A stretch of DNA of 64,000 bases from NCBI GenBank assembly GCA_017462485.1, contig JAFTRA010000019.1:28941-92940 (forward strand). Direction: 5' to 3'. A program made the position numbers and the translations under genes. This DNA comes from Clostridia bacterium (GTDB lineage: Bacteria > Bacillota > Clostridia > Oscillospirales > CAG-272). Below the pieces are notes generated by a model. The model searched no databases. It worked only from the letters and a program-made list of their open reading frames with translations, and was not told the origin of the DNA. This document shows positions 20,878 through 32,893 of this stretch, piece by piece (positions within the stretch are counted from its first letter, which is position 1; every line of letters begins with the position of its first letter).

Positions 20878-21549
20878 TTACTTAATTTTGTTTGTGGCTA
20901 TTGCAAAAATATTTTCATTAAGCCGAAAAAGATAAGTGTGGGCTTCAAATTTATTTTGTTTTTTTATTGTTTTATTCATTTTTGAAAAGCCGCTGCCATC
21001 AGCCTTCAAAAAGGCTTCAAGAGCTGTCCATCTTAAAAACGGTACCGTTTCAAATTTCATCTCTTCGTTGGCTACGATTATTCTTTTTGTCTCCACTTTG
21101 TCGCCAAAAACATAACAGTAGTTTACATTTTTTAGCTTTTCGAGTTTTATTTCTTCGTATTTTGCAATATACTTGTTGCAAATTTTTTCTACTGTTTCTC
21201 TTTTTTCGGTAATAATTTTTTCAATATCAACTCCTACCTGAAAATCGGAAACGGCAACAACCGCAAGCCCATCAGTATGAGAAACCGAAAAATAAATTTC
21301 GTTTTTTTCGAGATACGGTTTTCCGTTTTCTTGAAATTTAAAAAGATTGAAAATTTCTTTTTTCTCAAGCTTTCCCGAAAGAATATCAATAAGGGCGATA
21401 TACGTTATTACTCTATCTCTTCTTAATTTTTTATTTTTCGTTTTCTCAATTTTTTGAGTGATGGGAAGGGGAAATAACTCCTCAAGCTTTTCGTTTTCAA
21501 TTTTTGAACAATCCGACTTTTCAATGTCTATCAAAAACAGTTCTGTCAT
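20878..21549 (-). CDS. 4'-phosphopantetheinyl transferase (Sfp-type)
   Basis: FSVSHTDGLAVVAVS..VGVDIE and RWTALEAFLKADG correspond to the PPTase motifs (SxSHS..., VGxDIE, WxxKEAxxK). Confidence 0.85.
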   Translation of the reverse strand: MTELFLIDIEKSDCSKIENEKLEELFPLPITQKIEKTKNKKLRRDRVITYIALIDILSGKLEKKEIFNLFKFQENGKPYLEKNEIYFSVSHTDGLAVVAVSDFQVGVDIEKIITEKRETVEKICNKYIAKYEEIKLEKLKNVNYCYVFGDKVETKRIIVANEEMKFETVPFLRWTALEAFLKADGSGFSKMNKTIKKQNKFEAHTYLFRLNENIFAIATNKIK

Positions 21550-21553
21550 TTTT

Positions 21554-23623
21554 TTACACTTCCATAAGTATAGGAAGAATCATAGGTCTTCTCTTTGTTT
21601 CCTTGAATATGAATTTCGCAACGTCGTCTCTCATGGCGTTCTTTATATGCGACATATCCCTCATTCCAAGCTCGAGCATTCTGTTAAGAGTTGCTTCTGC
21701 GATTTTCTTTGTTTTATCCATAAGGTCGCCCGACTCCTTAACGTAAACGAATCCGCGTGAAACTATATCGGGACCGGAGAAGAGAAGTCTTTCCGAGAGA
21801 TTTACAACAGATACAATTACGACAAGACCGTCCTCTGACAAATGCTTTCTGTCACGAAGAACGACGCTTCCTATATCGCCTATACCGGAGCCGTCGATAA
21901 GCTTTTTACCCGATGGAACGCTTCCTGCAAACGCCGCGCCTTTTTTATCTATCTCGAGAACCTTTCCAATTTCGGAAATAAAAATATTCGACGAGGGTAT
22001 GCCCATATACTCGGCAATTTCTTTATTTGCGTAAAGGTGTCTGTATTCACCGTGTATAGGCATAAAATATTTAGGCTTAAGCAAAGCTATAAGAAGCTTT
22101 ATCTCTTCACGGCAAGCGTGACCCGATACGTGAACGTCCTCTACAGAATCGTTAACCACCTTAACGCCGTTCCTGATAAGCGCGTTAACGATTTTTCCTA
22201 CGAGCTTCTCGTTGCCGGGAATAGCGCTCGAGCTCAAAACTACGATATCGTTTGGCGAAAGCTTAACCCTATCGTGCTCGGAGAAGGCTATTCGGTAAAG
22301 CGCCGACATAGGCTCTCCCTGGCTACCCGTAGTTATCAAAGTAAGCTCTCCGGGGCTGTATTTCTTTATATCGTTTATGTCAATAAGAACACCGTCCGGC
22401 AAATCCATATAACCAAGCTCAAGCGCAGCGCCGAGAATATTCGTCATACTTCTTCCAAGCACCGCAACGCGTCTTCCGTATTTTGCGCTTGCGTTTATAA
22501 TCTGCTGCACTCTGTGAACGTTCGACGAGAAGGTGGCTATTATAAGCCTTTTTCCCTCGCTTTGCATAAAGATTCTGTCAAGCGAGCCGCCTACCGTTCT
22601 TTCTGACGGAGTGAAGCCTGCTCTTTCCGCATTTGTCGATTCGCAAAGCAATAGCTTAACACCCTCTCTGCCTATTTCACCGATTCTGGTTATATCCATC
22701 ATTTTTCCGTCTATCGGAGACACGTCAAGCTTAAAGTCACCCGAATGAAATACGTTGCCCTCGGGAGTTCTTAAGCAAATAGCAGAGGCGTCTGCAATAG
22801 AATGGTTAACGTGTATAAATTCAGCCTTAAATACGCCGAGATTTATCACGTCCCCAGCCTCAACCGTGTAAAGTCTTGGAGTAAACGGAGGGGGATTTTC
22901 GTCAAGCTTACCCTCTATAATACCAAGCGAGAGGCGAGTTCCGTAAACGGGTATATCAACCGAAGACAACAGATATGAAACAGCTCCTATATGGTCCTCG
23001 TGGCCGTGAGTTATAAGAAGACCTTTTATCTTATGAGCATTCTGTATAAGATAGGTGAAATCCGGGATAACAAGGTCAACACCAAGCATATCGTCATCGG
23101 GAAACGCGAGTCCCGCGTCAATTACCACCATATCGTCACCGTACTCAAATACGGTTATGTTCTTACCTATCTCGGCAAGTCCGCCAAGCGATATGACCTT
23201 AAGCTTTTTACCCTTTGATACGGTTTTTACACTCTCCTCTTTTTTCTTTTTCGTCTCTTTGGATAGGCTTATGCTCTCGTCTATTTCATCAATCAGATAT
23301 TCGTGACTTACGCTGTGACTGATTTTTCCGTAGGGTTTTTTCTTTTCTTTGTTTTGTTTAGGCTTGTTTTCCTGCAAATTATTGTTATTTATATTTTTAT
23401 CTTGTGTTTGCGTCTTTTCTATTTTTTTATTGCTATTTTGCACACTTTTATTTACGTTTTTTAGGTTTTTAATTTTTTTTACTTCTTTTTCCGTTACTTT
23501 TTTGTCATTATTTTTTGTTTTGTTTTCACTTTTTTTATCTTTTGGCTTTATATAATTTTTATCTGTTCTTTTTTTGCCTAAAGATTTATTTGCTCCTTTT
23601 ATTACGTTTTTCTCGTTTTTCAT
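21554..23623 (-). CDS. rnj: ribonuclease J with a ~138-aa Lys/Asn-rich N-terminal extension
   Basis: The core from about residue 139 (LKVISLGGLAEIGKN...HGHEDHIG...) is a beta-CASP metallo-beta-lactamase RNase J. There is no in-frame alternative start near the core. AAGGA RBS before ATG 23623. Confidence 0.93.
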   Translation of the reverse strand: MKNEKNVIKGANKSLGKKRTDKNYIKPKDKKSENKTKNNDKKVTEKEVKKIKNLKNVNKSVQNSNKKIEKTQTQDKNINNNNLQENKPKQNKEKKKPYGKISHSVSHEYLIDEIDESISLSKETKKKKEESVKTVSKGKKLKVISLGGLAEIGKNITVFEYGDDMVVIDAGLAFPDDDMLGVDLVIPDFTYLIQNAHKIKGLLITHGHEDHIGAVSYLLSSVDIPVYGTRLSLGIIEGKLDENPPPFTPRLYTVEAGDVINLGVFKAEFIHVNHSIADASAICLRTPEGNVFHSGDFKLDVSPIDGKMMDITRIGEIGREGVKLLLCESTNAERAGFTPSERTVGGSLDRIFMQSEGKRLIIATFSSNVHRVQQIINASAKYGRRVAVLGRSMTNILGAALELGYMDLPDGVLIDINDIKKYSPGELTLITTGSQGEPMSALYRIAFSEHDRVKLSPNDIVVLSSSAIPGNEKLVGKIVNALIRNGVKVVNDSVEDVHVSGHACREEIKLLIALLKPKYFMPIHGEYRHLYANKEIAEYMGIPSSNIFISEIGKVLEIDKKGAAFAGSVPSGKKLIDGSGIGDIGSVVLRDRKHLSEDGLVVIVSVVNLSERLLFSGPDIVSRGFVYVKESGDLMDKTKKIAEATLNRMLELGMRDMSHIKNAMRDDVAKFIFKETKRRPMILPILMEV

Positions 23624-23675
23624 TATATGTCCTTATTCTCGGCAAATTTGCCGTTTGTTGTCTTTGTTAATTTAT

Positions 23676-23957
23676 CTACATTACCAACAGAATTGCAGCA
23701 AGAGAAATAAGCGCCGAAAGAAGAAATCCGGAGCCAAAAACCAAAGCGCTCCTTAAGTCTATTTTAAAAGTCTTTCTTTCTTGACAAATGCACGCATTCT
23801 CTTCTATTATTCGATTTGCTTCCTCTAAAAGCTCGGATTTGTTTTTCTCTCTTTCTTTTTTTTGAGACTTATCTGACTTTATAACAAAGTAAGCCTCTTC
23901 AAAAACGGGGCTTCCCGTGTTCTTTAAATATATGACCTTTTTTTGATATCCGCGCAT
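23676..23957 (-). CDS. hypothetical small protein with C-terminal TM anchor
   Basis: Start chosen at ATG 23957, after GAAGGAGCAAAGGA. MRGYQKKVIYLKNTG..., charged middle region, C-terminal hydrophobic LVFGSGFLLSALISLAAILLV. Confidence 0.55.
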   Translation of the reverse strand: MRGYQKKVIYLKNTGSPVFEEAYFVIKSDKSQKKEREKNKSELLEEANRIIEENACICQERKTFKIDLRSALVFGSGFLLSALISLAAILLVM

Positions 23958-24090
23958 ATCCTTTGCTCCTTCAGAGTAAGAATATTTTTTCTTACCAATA
24001 CTTCTTTTAAAATACAATTTTTCTTTTATAGGAGATTGTTGACAGCGCGGTACAAAAATATTCACTTAATAAATCAAGATATTTTAGTTT

Positions 24091-24116
24091 TAGAGGGAGA
24101 CGTTAATCTCCCTCTA
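24091..24116 (-). other. perfect 10-bp stem hairpin between the XRE gene and the small membrane gene
   Basis: TAGAGGGAGA, CGTTAA loop, TCTCCCTCTA. No U-run on the transcribed strand. Confidence 0.5.
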
Positions 24117-24154
24117 TGTACTATATAACGGTTTTTATCGGTCTTTTGATAAAA

Positions 24155-24727
24155 TTACTTTTTACCGAAGATTCTTCCGAAGAGTCCGCCTCTCTTTGCA
24201 TACTTATCCGTAGGATCATTGATGTCAATTTTAGTTGCCTCAATCTTGGGAACCTCGGTTTTTTCAACCTTTTCTTCAGGCTCTGAGGTAGTGGGAGCTT
24301 CAACCTTAACTTCTTCTACCTTAGGTTCTGCCTTGGGAGCGGGTTCTGCCTTGGGAGCTGCCTTTGCCTTAACTTCTTCAACCTTTGGTTCTGCCTTTTT
24401 AGTCTCTGCTTTAGGTGCTTCTGCCTTGGGAGCGGGAGCTTCAGCCTTTACCTCTGCTACCTCTGCCTGCGCCTCTTCCGTCTTGGGTTTTCTCTTTCTT
24501 CTCTTCTTCTTAGGAAGCTCAATTTCAAAGGTATCGTCAAGAAGGTCGTCAATTGAGATGCCGAAGAGAAGCTTCATTTCGATAAGCTTCTGAACCTCGG
24601 GATAAGACTGACCCGATTCCCATTTGTAAACAGCCTGACGTGAAACGCCGACAGCGCTTGCAAATTCATCCTGGGTGAGATGTTTGATTTTTCTGAGTAC
24701 AACGAGTTTTTCCTTGAAAGTCATCAT
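24155..24727 (-). CDS. XRE-family HTH protein with a P/A/K/E repeat region and basic amphipathic C-terminus
   Basis: N-terminus LTQDEFASAVGVSRQAVYKWESGQSYP is a Cro/C1-type HTH. Residues ~75-170 are KAEAP/KAEPKVEEVK repeats. The protein ends RGGLFGRIFGKK. Confidence 0.85.
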   Translation of the reverse strand: MMTFKEKLVVLRKIKHLTQDEFASAVGVSRQAVYKWESGQSYPEVQKLIEMKLLFGISIDDLLDDTFEIELPKKKRRKRKPKTEEAQAEVAEVKAEAPAPKAEAPKAETKKAEPKVEEVKAKAAPKAEPAPKAEPKVEEVKVEAPTTSEPEEKVEKTEVPKIEATKIDINDPTDKYAKRGGLFGRIFGKK

Positions 24728-24760
24728 AGTTTTGCGTGTCCTTTCGATTTTATTTTGTTT

Positions 24761-25435
24761 TTATTTATTTTGTAAATCTTCATAATAATCGCGGTCTACG
24801 TATTTTGTGTACGTAGGGGAGTTGAGACGCCAACCGAGATTTTCTTCTATAAGAGAAATCTCGAGCTCCTTCGTTTGCTCTTTTCCTTCGTCGGTTTTTA
24901 CGACTACGGTTATCTTAACGAAAACCTCTTCTCCCGAGACTCCCGATACGTAGATTGAACCGTAATCGTAAATTACCTCGTCGGTAAGATAAACCTCGGC
25001 TTCCTTATATACCATAATACATTCTGGCTTTGTTTCATCAAGCACGTCGTATTTCTGATAATATCTCGAATAACCGAGAATGTTTCCATCCTCATCGGAA
25101 ACGGAAGAAAGCTTCGTGTTTATTATACTGTTTGAAAGAGATGATGAGAAGCACTCTCTCGTCAGTTTTTTTATATCGTCGACAGTTGAAATGTTAAAGC
25201 TTTTTACGGACAATGGGTCGGCTTCATAATAATATCCGTTTGCATTGTTTTCATCTAATACGTAGCTTATTCCGTGCCCGTAATAAATTTCGTTTAAGGT
25301 TTCGGATTTTTTAATTAAGCTTTCCGCTGCCGATATAACCTCTTTTTCATCATATTCTCTGTCATTTGAGCAACCAAACGTAAAGAAAATATTTAATATG
25401 ACTACTATTGTTAGCAAAATCGCTTTAATTTTCAT
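24761..25435 (-). CDS. putative lipoprotein
   Basis: [22 protein letters not shown] carries a lipobox-like FTFGC. ATG 25435 overlaps the gyrA TGA by 1 nt (TGATG). Confidence 0.75.
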   Translation of the reverse strand: MKIKAILLTIVVILNIFFTFGCSNDREYDEKEVISAAESLIKKSETLNEIYYGHGISYVLDENNANGYYYEADPLSVKSFNISTVDDIKKLTRECFSSSLSNSIINTKLSSVSDEDGNILGYSRYYQKYDVLDETKPECIMVYKEAEVYLTDEVIYDYGSIYVSGVSGEEVFVKITVVVKTDEGKEQTKELEISLIEENLGWRLNSPTYTKYVDRDYYEDLQNK

Positions 25436-27999
25436 CAAAACGACTCCTCTTCGTCAAAAGCTTCTTCATCATTTGACTCGGAAATTACTTTTGTTTCAGC
25501 TTGCTCGGCGTTTTTATTTTCTTCGTTTATTTTTTGCTCCGCCTCTTCAATTTCCTCTATTTTTTCGAGTCTTGAAAGAGTTATAACGCGGCTCTCATCG
25601 GAAGTTCTCATTGCGATAACTCCGCTTGCGGTTCTTGAATAAACGTTTATGTCCGAAACCGACATTCTTATAATTACACCGGTATCGGTTATAAGCATTA
25701 CGTCATCATCGTCGTCAACCGTCTGAATAGCTGCAAGCTTACCGCTCTTTTCGGTGAGCTTATGGCAGGTAACACCCTTACCGCCTCTGTGCTTCATCTC
25801 ACGGAAGTCTTCAAACGAGGTTCTCTTTGCCATTCCGTTTTCAGTAACTGTAAGAAGCTTCTTTTTACCGTCAACTATTGAAACGCCTATTACGTAGTCA
25901 TCGTCCTGAAGAGTAATACCCTTGACTCCTCTTGCGGCTCTGCCCATTCCTCTTACGTTGTTCTCGTCAAAGCGAACGCACATACCGTCACGGGTAGCTA
26001 TCATAATACTCTGGTCACCGAGCGTATGTCTTACGAATATAAGCTCATCGCCCTCATCAAGATTTATAGCTATCTTACCGCCTCGGCGCTGATACTCAAA
26101 TTCCTTAAGAAGAGTTTTCTTAATTATACCGTTTCTCGTTACCATAGTGAGATATTCGCCCTCTTTAAACTCTGAAACGCTTATCATTGAGGTTACCTTC
26201 TCACCCTCGCCAAGCTCTATTATGTTGACAAGGTTAGTACCCTTTGCCGTTCTTGACGCTTCGGGGATACGGTAAGCTTTCTTACAGTAAACTCTTCCAA
26301 GATTGGTAAAGAACATAATATGAGAATGGCTGCTTGCGACGAGAACCTTTTCTACAAAGTCCTCTTCTTTGGTGCTCATTCCTATTATACCCTTACCGCC
26401 TCTGTTCTGGGCAACGTAGCTATCCGCCTTCTGACGCTTGATATATCCCGTATGGCTCATTGTGAGAATACAGGTATGTCTTTCAATCAAGTCCTCAAGG
26501 TCAATCTCTTCGGTTGCCTCTGTAATTTCGGTACGTCTGTTATCACCAAACTTATTATTGATTTCGGTGAGCTCGTTTTTAAGAATATCTTTTATTTTCT
26601 CTTCATCGGCAAGAATTGAACGAAGTTCGGCTATAAGAGTCGAAAGCTTTGCTATTCTGTCCTCAACCTTCTGCCTTTCAAGTCCCGAAAGCTTACCGAG
26701 AGTCATCTCTACTATTGCCTGAGACTGCGCGTCGGAAAGTCCAAATCTTTCAATAAGTCTTTCCTTTGCATTCGGGATAGATTCGCTTCCCTTAATTATC
26801 GCTATGACCTCGTCTATATTATCAATAGCCGTTTTATATCCCTCAAGAATATGTATTTCCTTGAGTGCTTTATCAAGGTCAAACTGCGTTCTGTTTACTA
26901 TAACGCTCTTCTGGAAGTCAATATATCTGTCAAGAATCGCTCCGAGGGAAAGAATTTTAGGCTCTCCGCCGTCTATAACGAGCATATTTATTGAGCAGGT
27001 ATCCTGAAGCTGCGTGTATTTGTAAAGCTGATTTAATATAACCTCTCCGTTAGCGTCGCGTCTATACTCAACTACGATTCGCATACCGCCTCGTCCGGAT
27101 TCGTCACGAAGTCCCGTAATGCCCTCAATCTTTTTATCCTTAACGAGAGCCGCCATGCTTTCTATGAGCATAGACTTGTTGACCATATAGGGAATTTCGG
27201 TGAATATTATACGCTTATGCTCATCCTCTATTTTCGCTCTGGCTCTTACGTAAACTCTGCCTTTTCCCGTCTCATACGCTTCTCTTATTCCGCGCGTTCC
27301 GTAAATCATAGCGGCGGTAGGGAAGTCGGGTCCTTTTATGTGCTCCATAAGCTCGTCAACCGAGCAATTGGGATTGTCTATTCTGTAAATCGTTCCGTCT
27401 ATAACCTCTGAAAGATTGTGAGGCGGAATATTTGTTGCCATACCTACTGCGATACCGACAGAACCGTTAACGAGTAAATTGGGAAATCTTGAGGGAAGAA
27501 CCGTCGGCTCATCTCTCGTATTATCGAAGTTTCTCGTCATGGGAACGACGTTTTTTTCAATGTCGCTCATCATATAGTTGGCGATTCTGTTCATTCTCGC
27601 CTCAGTATAACGGTAAGCTGCAGGCGGGTCTCCGTCAACGCTTCCAAAGTTACCGTGTCCCTCAACGAGAGTATATCTCAAGGAGAAATCCTGCGCCATT
27701 CTTACCATAGTTCCGTAAACGGCAGAGTCACCGTGCGGATGATATCTACCGAGAACGTTACCAACCGTTGTAGCTGACTTACGGAATGGCTTATCGTGAG
27801 TAAGATTATCCTCGTACATAGCGTAAAGAATTCTTCTCTGACCGGGTTTCATTCCGTCTCTTACGTCGGGAAGAGCTCTTGAGGTAATAACACTCATCGA
27901 ATATTCTATAAAGGAAGTTTCTACTTCCTTTCTCATATCCCTCGTTTCAATTTTCTGTAAGGGAAATTCTATATCCGAACTTTTATAATTATGTTCCAT
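25435..27999 (-). CDS. gyrA: DNA gyrase subunit A
   Basis: 854 aa. [26 protein letters not shown] and an acidic tail. Confidence 0.98.
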   Translation of the reverse strand: MEHNYKSSDIEFPLQKIETRDMRKEVETSFIEYSMSVITSRALPDVRDGMKPGQRRILYAMYEDNLTHDKPFRKSATTVGNVLGRYHPHGDSAVYGTMVRMAQDFSLRYTLVEGHGNFGSVDGDPPAAYRYTEARMNRIANYMMSDIEKNVVPMTRNFDNTRDEPTVLPSRFPNLLVNGSVGIAVGMATNIPPHNLSEVIDGTIYRIDNPNCSVDELMEHIKGPDFPTAAMIYGTRGIREAYETGKGRVYVRARAKIEDEHKRIIFTEIPYMVNKSMLIESMAALVKDKKIEGITGLRDESGRGGMRIVVEYRRDANGEVILNQLYKYTQLQDTCSINMLVIDGGEPKILSLGAILDRYIDFQKSVIVNRTQFDLDKALKEIHILEGYKTAIDNIDEVIAIIKGSESIPNAKERLIERFGLSDAQSQAIVEMTLGKLSGLERQKVEDRIAKLSTLIAELRSILADEEKIKDILKNELTEINNKFGDNRRTEITEATEEIDLEDLIERHTCILTMSHTGYIKRQKADSYVAQNRGGKGIIGMSTKEEDFVEKVLVASSHSHIMFFTNLGRVYCKKAYRIPEASRTAKGTNLVNIIELGEGEKVTSMISVSEFKEGEYLTMVTRNGIIKKTLLKEFEYQRRGGKIAINLDEGDELIFVRHTLGDQSIMIATRDGMCVRFDENNVRGMGRAARGVKGITLQDDDYVIGVSIVDGKKKLLTVTENGMAKRTSFEDFREMKHRGGKGVTCHKLTEKSGKLAAIQTVDDDDDVMLITDTGVIIRMSVSDINVYSRTASGVIAMRTSDESRVITLSRLEKIEEIEEAEQKINEENKNAEQAETKVISESNDEEAFDEEESF

Positions 28000-28031
28000 T
28001 ATTTAAAACTTTTCCTTTCTTTGAAAAGACG

Positions 28032-30287
<2,256 letters not shown>

Positions 30288-30288
<1 letters not shown>

Positions 30289-31373
30289 TAAATAAACCTG
30301 CCTCCCTTGACTTCTATTACCTGCCCCGCAGTACGCAGTCTTTCGCAAGAGGTTATTATTATCTGCCTGTCGTGCATACCGTCAAGAACAAAATTCTGAC
30401 GTCTTTCATCAAGCTCGGATAAAACGTCGTCGAAGAGAAATACGGGATATTCACAAAACAGCTCTCGGCTGACCTCACCCTCAGCCATTTTCAAGGAGAG
30501 AACTATCGACCTTTGCTGCCCCTGCGATGAAAACGTTCTTGCATCCTTACCGTTTATTTCTATTAAAATATCCTCTCGGTGAGGGCCGTAGAGAGTAACT
30601 CCGGCAAGTTTTTCTTTCATAAGATTTTCTGTTAATATTTTTTTGTATTTTTCCTTTATCTCTTCTCTTTCAGAAAGCTCGTTTTCTACGTCGCTCTTAT
30701 ATAAAAGAGAAAGATTTTCTTTTCCCTCTGATATTTCCGACATAAATCTCTTTGCATATACTTCGAGCTTTTTTATGTATTCCTTACGCCTTACATTTAT
30801 ATGAGAAGCGTATTCCGCCAAGGATTCCGACCAAGCGAGAATTTCTCCCTCGTCAAAATAAAATCCCTTCGACGCGGCTTTTAGTATTGCATTTCTGTTT
30901 TCAAGAGCTTTTTTATAATCTGAATAAACCGATATATAAGACGGGTAGCACTGAGATATGGCAACGTTTATAAAATCACGTCTTTCCTCCGGACCGCCCT
31001 TTACGAGAGTTAAATCATCAGGGCAGAAGAGAACAGCCTTGAAGCTTCCTATCATCTCGGAAGCCTTAGTTATTTTATAACCGTTCTTTTTTCTTCTTCT
31101 TTCTCTTCCGTAAACGGCGTATTCAAGAGTATTCGTTCCGTTTTTATCCTCATATTCGATAGAAACGTTGAAACCCTCTGCTCCAAACCTAACAAGGTCA
31201 CGCTCGTCACCTCGTCTGAAGGATTTTCCTCTCGCAAAGAGATATATTCCCTCAACGGCGTTAGTTTTTCCCTGAGCGTTTTCCCCGAGAAGAAGATTTA
31301 CTCTTTTATCAAATTCAAGATAGCAATTTTCTATATTTCGAAAATTCTGCGCCCTGAAGCTTTTAATTATCAT
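30288..31373 (-). CDS. recF: DNA replication/repair protein RecF
   Basis: Walker A GENAQGKTN and an SMC-like signature (SQGQQRS). ATGA overlap with the dnaN stop. Confidence 0.95.
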
Positions 31374-32518
31374 TTCTCACTCATTCTTACGGGAAGAATC
31401 ATATAGAAGTAATTGAACTTTTCGTCCTTTTCGAGAGGCTCAATCGTTATAGCCTGAGTAGGACTCTTCATAGAGAGAATAACCTTTTCTCCCTCAGCAA
31501 CCTTAACGCTGTTTATAAGGTATCTGCAGTTGAAGCCTATTTCGAGGTCATTTCCCTCGTGCTCGCAGTCCATCTCGTCAAATACCTTTCCGTTAACGGA
31601 AGATGACGTAAGAGTAAGGAATTTATCCTCTGCCTTTATCTTAACGTAGCTCTTTCCGCTGTTCTGAATCTTTTCCTCTGCAATTATATTTGCTCTTTCA
31701 AGACCGTCAAGAAGACTTTCTCTGTCAACCGTTACGAATATGTCGTTATCCTTTGGTATAATTCTGTTGTAGTCGATATATTCGGAATCTATTGTTCTCG
31801 TGAAGAAAACGATTTCTCCGCAGTTTATAACAGCGTGCTTTTTAGTAAGGTAAACACCGACCTTTTCGTCACCGTCATCAAGAATCTTCATCATCTCCGC
31901 AAGAGCGTGACCGGGGATAATAAGCGAATGCTTGTGATTAGACGCGCCGAAGTATTCTATATCGCATATTATCTCGCACTTTGAAAGAGTGTAGCTATCG
32001 CAAGAAACCACCTCAAGCTTGTTTTCATCAAACGAGAAGAAAGCTCCTCTTAACATAGGACGTATATCCTGCTCCGCAATAGAGTGAGATACCTTGCTTA
32101 TCATTTTTCTCAAAACTCCGCCCTCTATATCAAAGCCCTGGTCGGTAGTAAGCTCGGGAAGAACGGGGAATTCATCACTGTTCATAGCGAACATTGAGAA
32201 GGAAGCCTTTCCTGCGGAAATAGTGCAGTTGAGCTTATCGTTTATATCAATAGTTATTTCTTCCTCGGGAAGAACCTTAACCGTCTGATAAAAACGCTGG
32301 GCATTTATTATAAATTTGCCCTCTCTTTCGATTTCGGTAGGAGTGAAGACTGCTCTTACGCCCTTGTTCATATCGTAAGTAGAAAGTCTTACGTTTCCGT
32401 CGTCAAGCGTCTCTATGAGAACGCCCTCGATAGAAGTGATTGTGTTCTTATTTGAAACCGTTCCCATAGCGGGAATAAGCTTTTCCATAAGAGTTGATTT
32501 AAGAACTTTAAATTTCAT
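31370..32518 (-). CDS. dnaN: DNA polymerase III beta sliding clamp
   Basis: 382 aa with a DnaN-like three-domain sequence, located between dnaA and recF. Confidence 0.96.
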   Translation of the reverse strand: MKFKVLKSTLMEKLIPAMGTVSNKNTITSIEGVLIETLDDGNVRLSTYDMNKGVRAVFTPTEIEREGKFIINAQRFYQTVKVLPEEEITIDINDKLNCTISAGKASFSMFAMNSDEFPVLPELTTDQGFDIEGGVLRKMISKVSHSIAEQDIRPMLRGAFFSFDENKLEVVSCDSYTLSKCEIICDIEYFGASNHKHSLIIPGHALAEMMKILDDGDEKVGVYLTKKHAVINCGEIVFFTRTIDSEYIDYNRIIPKDNDIFVTVDRESLLDGLERANIIAEEKIQNSGKSYVKIKAEDKFLTLTSSSVNGKVFDEMDCEHEGNDLEIGFNCRYLINSVKVAEGEKVILSMKSPTQAITIEPLEKDEKFNYFYMILPVRMSEK

Positions 32519-32647
32519 TTTTATGTCCTCTTTAATTAAATTAACTTAAGTAGTACGCTTCGCAAAAAGTTTTTCTTCGCAAAGCCGAGTCTTTCTCCGT
32601 ATTGCTTTTTTCTGCGAAGCAGAAGATACATATTTATCTATTTTTGG

Positions 32648-32665
32648 TAGGAGTTGTAGTAGTAG
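32648..32665 (+). promoter_or_regulatory. DnaA-trio array (unwinding element) with adjacent GC cluster
   Basis: TAG GAG TTG TAG TAG TAG, followed by GGGG and then two tandem DnaA boxes. An AT-rich tract lies on the other side. Confidence 0.6.
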
Positions 32666-32669
32666 GGGT

Positions 32670-32854
32670 GGTGGAAAATGTGGAAAAGCAGGAAAAGCCT
32701 TGAAAAATAAGGGTTTTATAGATATGATTTTCCACTTTTTATCCTCATTTTCAGGTTTATTAATTGAATTCACTTAATCCACCGAAATTCCTATAAAAAC
32801 AAACCGCTTTTCCACAGCAAGTTTTCCACATTTACACATATTTTCAGTGGAAAA
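32670..32854. promoter_or_regulatory. oriC: oriC DnaA-box cluster (dnaA-dnaN spacer)
   Basis: GGTGGAAAA 32670, TGTGGAAAA 32679, TTTTCCACT 32728, TTTTCCACA 32808 and 32822, AGTGGAAAA 32846. All are within 1 mismatch of TTTTCCACA, itself a 1-mismatch variant of TTATCCACA. Confidence 0.75.
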
Positions 32855-32893
32855 CTTAAACTAAAATTTTAAAACTAAAGAAAAAACTGTTTT

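Noticed and set aside
32546-32773. 75-aa ORF in the dnaA-dnaN spacer and a 27-aa basic ORF at about 34564-34647 upstream of dnaA (checked as a possible rpmH).
   Set aside because: The first overlaps the DnaA-box/trio array and has no RBS. The second does not resemble L34 (MKRTFQP...) and overlaps a terminator hairpin.
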